From Ostreococcus lucimarinus (lineage: Eukaryota), in NCBI GenBank assembly GCA_000092065.1, contig CP000600.1: a stretch of DNA of 64,000 bases; one strand, written 5' to 3'. A program made the position numbers and the translations under genes. This document shows, one piece after another, positions 59,801 to 64,000 of the stretch (within the stretch, counting starts at the first letter, position 1; each line of letters begins with the position of its first letter). The notes below the pieces were generated by a model, which did no database searches, was not told where the DNA came from, and saw nothing but the letters and a program-made list of their open reading frames with translations.

Positions 59801-60915
59801 GAATATCCGCCCAAGAAGAAGCCGAGCGAGGCCAGGGCGCTCGCGGTTCGCTCGCTGCGCTCCTGCAAGCGGACTCCGCGGCAAAGCAATGGAACATGGA
59901 TGTCATCGCTGCCGCGAGCAGTGGTGGTGCGACATGTGCGGTAAAGATCGTTAAAGTGCGCGACGGTACAATAGTTGACGTCTACGGTACGAGTGTGGAT
60001 GTGCCGAATGCCACAGCGGACGACGCCATCGCCGAGGCCACTCTAGCCGAAGCCGCACAGCTCGTCGCCGAGCAGATGTACTTGAGCGAATTCTCCGATC
60101 GCCCGGACATGGTGTACATCCCGCACACTATCGCAGAACCGATGAACTTACGCGCAGCGCTTCGTCACACCGGCGTCGGCGCCAACGCGACGAAGAAGAG
60201 TAAGGTCTTGCACCACGGTGCCGCCAAGGAAGGATCGCTCCTCGAGGCGCTCGCGGAAATGGCACTCGAGAACGCCGACGAATCCGCGCGCGCAACGGCG
60301 GTGAAATCCGCCGCGGCGCTTCGCTTAAAGGACGCCATCGGACTCGATGAGTCCCCCACGAGCATCGAAGGCGTGGACGTTTCTCATCTCGCCGGCCAGA
60401 ACGCTGTGACGAGCTTTGTTCGATTCGAGGGAGGTTCGCCGGCGCCGCTCAAGCATCGCCGATACCAGCTCAGTGAAGCCGTAACACCAAGCGACGACTA
60501 TGGTGGTATCGCTGAGTCAATAACCGCGCGCTTGGCGTCCAAGAGCAAACTTCCGGACGTCTTTCTCATCGACGGTGGAGTCGGCCAACTCACCGCGGCG
60601 GCGCACGCGCTTCGCGAAGGCGGCGTCGTCATCTCAAACATGATCGACGACGACAACACCCCGATCGCCGATTCCAGCGCAAAGGCACATCGAACCGTTG
60701 CCTTGTGCGCGCTCGCCAAGGGCCGAAGCAGCGGTGAAGAGGCTCTATGGGTCCCCGCGCTCTCGCCCGGAGGCGTCGTCATGGGCCGAAAAGTCGACGA
60801 CGCCCACCTTGACGCGCTAAAACTTCTCCGTTCGGTGCGCGACAGCGCCCACGCCGTGGCGCTCGGCGCGCATCGTTCTTTACGTCGCGAAGAGCGACTA
60901 AACGCCTTCGCTTAG
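56848..60915 (+). CDS. Fused bacterial-type nucleotide-excision-repair protein: UvrB (helicase) N-terminal two-thirds plus UvrC (GIY-YIG / endonuclease) C-terminal part, with organelle-type presequence
   Basis: UvrB part: [18 protein letters not shown], Walker A [83 protein letters not shown]. Helicase domain 3: [36 protein letters not shown]...[54 protein letters not shown]. UvrC part: GIY-YIG ([31 protein letters not shown]), then [36 protein letters not shown] ... [17 protein letters not shown]. One continuous ORF. Start taken at ATG about 56848 ([23 protein letters not shown]). An alternative upstream ATG at 56686 sits in the CCATGG mirror of the THUMPD1 start. Confidence 0.85.
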   Translation: [1355 protein letters not shown]

Positions 60916-60959
60916 CGCATTATCGCATTGTATTTATCATTTATCTCCGCGCGCGTTAA

Positions 60960-62540
<1,581 letters not shown>

Positions 62541-62623
62541 TATCGGGAGTCTTTAGTGTTTTTGTTTGTTATGTGATGATAAACCACGTGTGCTATCTAA
62601 ATTTGCTACTTTTTGTGTGCGTC

Positions 62624-64000
62624 TCAGAGACGAATGTGCTTGCCCGTGGCTTTGTTAGCCTCTTGGTACTGTGCAGCCCGCACGATGTCGTGTTTGAGAG
62701 AAAACGAGCCCGTGCCCAGATCAACAGTGCGACCAACGACGATTCTCGACGATGGCGAGCTCAAGTCGTCCGTTTCTCCGCGAATTGTTGCGTCCGTTAA
62801 GAATGCCGTCGCCGTCTCGTAAGACATCTTCAGGAATGGCGAAGTGCTCTTTTCGATGCCAGATCTGTTGCAGGGTCGGTATTCACCTTGTTGCGTCATG
62901 AAGTCACCGATGAGAGAAAGATGACGCGTATCAACGCCGATGCCGTACACGCCGAATACAGCTTGCACTTCGCTCACGAGCGTCGATCGGCCCGCCTCGA
63001 CCCCAAAGGTTTGCATGATGTCCCATACAGAATTTGATTTCATGGAGTTGACCTCGATGAGATCAGAGTTCGCCCAAGCGGCGCCAAAATTGATACCATC
63101 GGTTTGAATGGATAAAGGTTGCGAGCCAGTGGGATCTTCATCGTCCGTCTTGCCGACGACGAAAGTTTGCTTGATTCCCGGCGTTTCGCGAATGATCGTT
63201 TTCACGGCAACTTCTTGTGCGATTTCGAGCACGAGTACGTGAGGAGAGTTTATACCAGCTGGAACCGTGAACTCTATGGTTCGAGATTTTTCGTCACACA
63301 CGATTGTCTCGACAACTTCATCCTCCGTCAGCTGTACGCCACAGTCCGTCATCTCACTCGAAGGAACTCGCTTCTTCTTTGACTTTGGCGTCTTGGCGCT
63401 AGCGTCGTCCGAAGAAGCATCGGAATCATCGTCACCGGAAGAAGATGAGCCATCAGAATCGCTGTCGACCTCAGTTTCGTCTATTTTGCGATTCTCCGTC
63501 TTTGCACCTTCCTCGTCTTCCTCATCGTCCTCGTCCTCATCCGACGCGTCGCCATTCTCAAATTTGACATTTTTCGCTCGCGCGGCGGAGTTCTTCTCTT
63601 TTTCGTCATCCTCTTCTTCGTCATCGTCCTTGCGAGGGTCCGTGGTTCCTTGCATCGGGCCATTTTTCGCGTTTTTCACGATGACACCATTGTTGCTTTT
63701 GCTCTTCCTCATGTCAGAGCCAATTCTCGCCACGAGCATTTTGGCGAACTTGCGCTTGACGGCGTGCAGAAATTCTGCAAACGTCACCTCATTTGGATCG
63801 TCGTCATTTTGACCTTCGCGCATTTGAATGACAACGGTATACAATCGTGAGAGTCCCTCATCTGGACCTATACCGTAGTCTTTCACCTTGATACAAAGCT
63901 TTGTGATGAGTTCGGCGAGGATCACTCGTCGGAGTCGGCGACAGAGCGTCTCAGCATTTTCCTTAGTTCTGCACCCAGGTTTCAACGGAAGTATCATGAC
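62624..64000 (-). CDS. RPA1: DNA-directed RNA polymerase I largest subunit (RPA1/A190), C-terminal part only; gene continues beyond window end
   Basis: C-terminal Rpb1-domain-5-like block FGVEAGRSTLVSEVQAVFGVYGIGVDTRHLSLIGDFMTQQGEYRPCNRSGIEKSTSPFLKMSYETATAFLTDATIRGETDDLSSPSSRIVVGRTVDLGTGSF. It is preceded by the acidic/Ser-rich insertion typical of A190. The ORF is open to the window edge. Lower GC than average. Confidence 0.75.
   Translation of the reverse strand, partial: VMILPLKPGCRTKENAETLCRRLRRVILAELITKLCIKVKDYGIGPDEGLSRLYTVVIQMREGQNDDDPNEVTFAEFLHAVKRKFAKMLVARIGSDMRKSKSNNGVIVKNAKNGPMQGTTDPRKDDDEEEDDEKEKNSAARAKNVKFENGDASDEDEDDEEDEEGAKTENRKIDETEVDSDSDGSSSSGDDDSDASSDDASAKTPKSKKKRVPSSEMTDCGVQLTEDEVVETIVCDEKSRTIEFTVPAGINSPHVLVLEIAQEVAVKTIIRETPGIKQTFVVGKTDDEDPTGSQPLSIQTDGINFGAAWANSDLIEVNSMKSNSVWDIMQTFGVEAGRSTLVSEVQAVFGVYGIGVDTRHLSLIGDFMTQQGEYRPCNRSGIEKSTSPFLKMSYETATAFLTDATIRGETDDLSSPSSRIVVGRTVDLGTGSFSLKHDIVRAAQYQEANKATGKHIRL

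Noticed and set aside
56848-60915. Bacterial contamination or an operon explanation for the UvrB/UvrC sequence.
   Set aside because: The ORF has the same GC3-rich codon usage, R/A-rich presequence style and tight spacing as the surrounding clearly eukaryotic genes (THUMPD1, FKBP, ADSL). There is no Shine-Dalgarno-like spacing and no separate uvrB/uvrC cistrons.

Overview
This 64-kb window is a GC-rich (about 65%) eukaryotic nuclear segment, not prokaryotic. Gene content and codon usage look like a Mamiellophyceae green alga of the Micromonas/Ostreococcus type. The tandem lycopene-cyclase/LHC fusion gene is a hallmark of that group. I can support about 43 protein-coding genes (roughly one per 1.5 kb) on both strands, mostly single-exon. 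At least nine genes have short GC-rich introns with a stereotyped GTGCG(T/C) donor, an ACTGAC branch point and a CAG acceptor. I cannot support any rRNA, tRNA or CRISPR feature. Three caveats on the ORF track. It treats GTG/TTG as M. It misses ORFs that run off the window edge. And because stop codons are rare at this GC content, it reports many long antisense ORFs rich in R/A/G that I do not consider genes. Start codons were therefore reassigned by homology and the first in-frame ATG; exon coordinates were derived from track reading frames and may be off by a few nucleotides where I had to read the raw sequence. The observations most worth a second look are these. A single 1.35–1.4k-aa ORF fuses bacterial-type UvrB helicase to UvrC endonuclease. 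A three-domain lycopene beta/epsilon-cyclase plus LHC fusion is present (known from Ostreococcus). A TPP-dependent acetolactate-synthase-like enzyme carries an embedded phosphopantetheine carrier domain. Introns share termini and (GTCGTCGC)n repeats in an introner-like pattern. Head-to-head and tail-to-tail gene spacing is extremely tight, with start codons 28–40 bp apart and stops 13–50 bp apart. A short interstitial (CCCTAAA)3 telomere-like block sits in a divergent promoter region.
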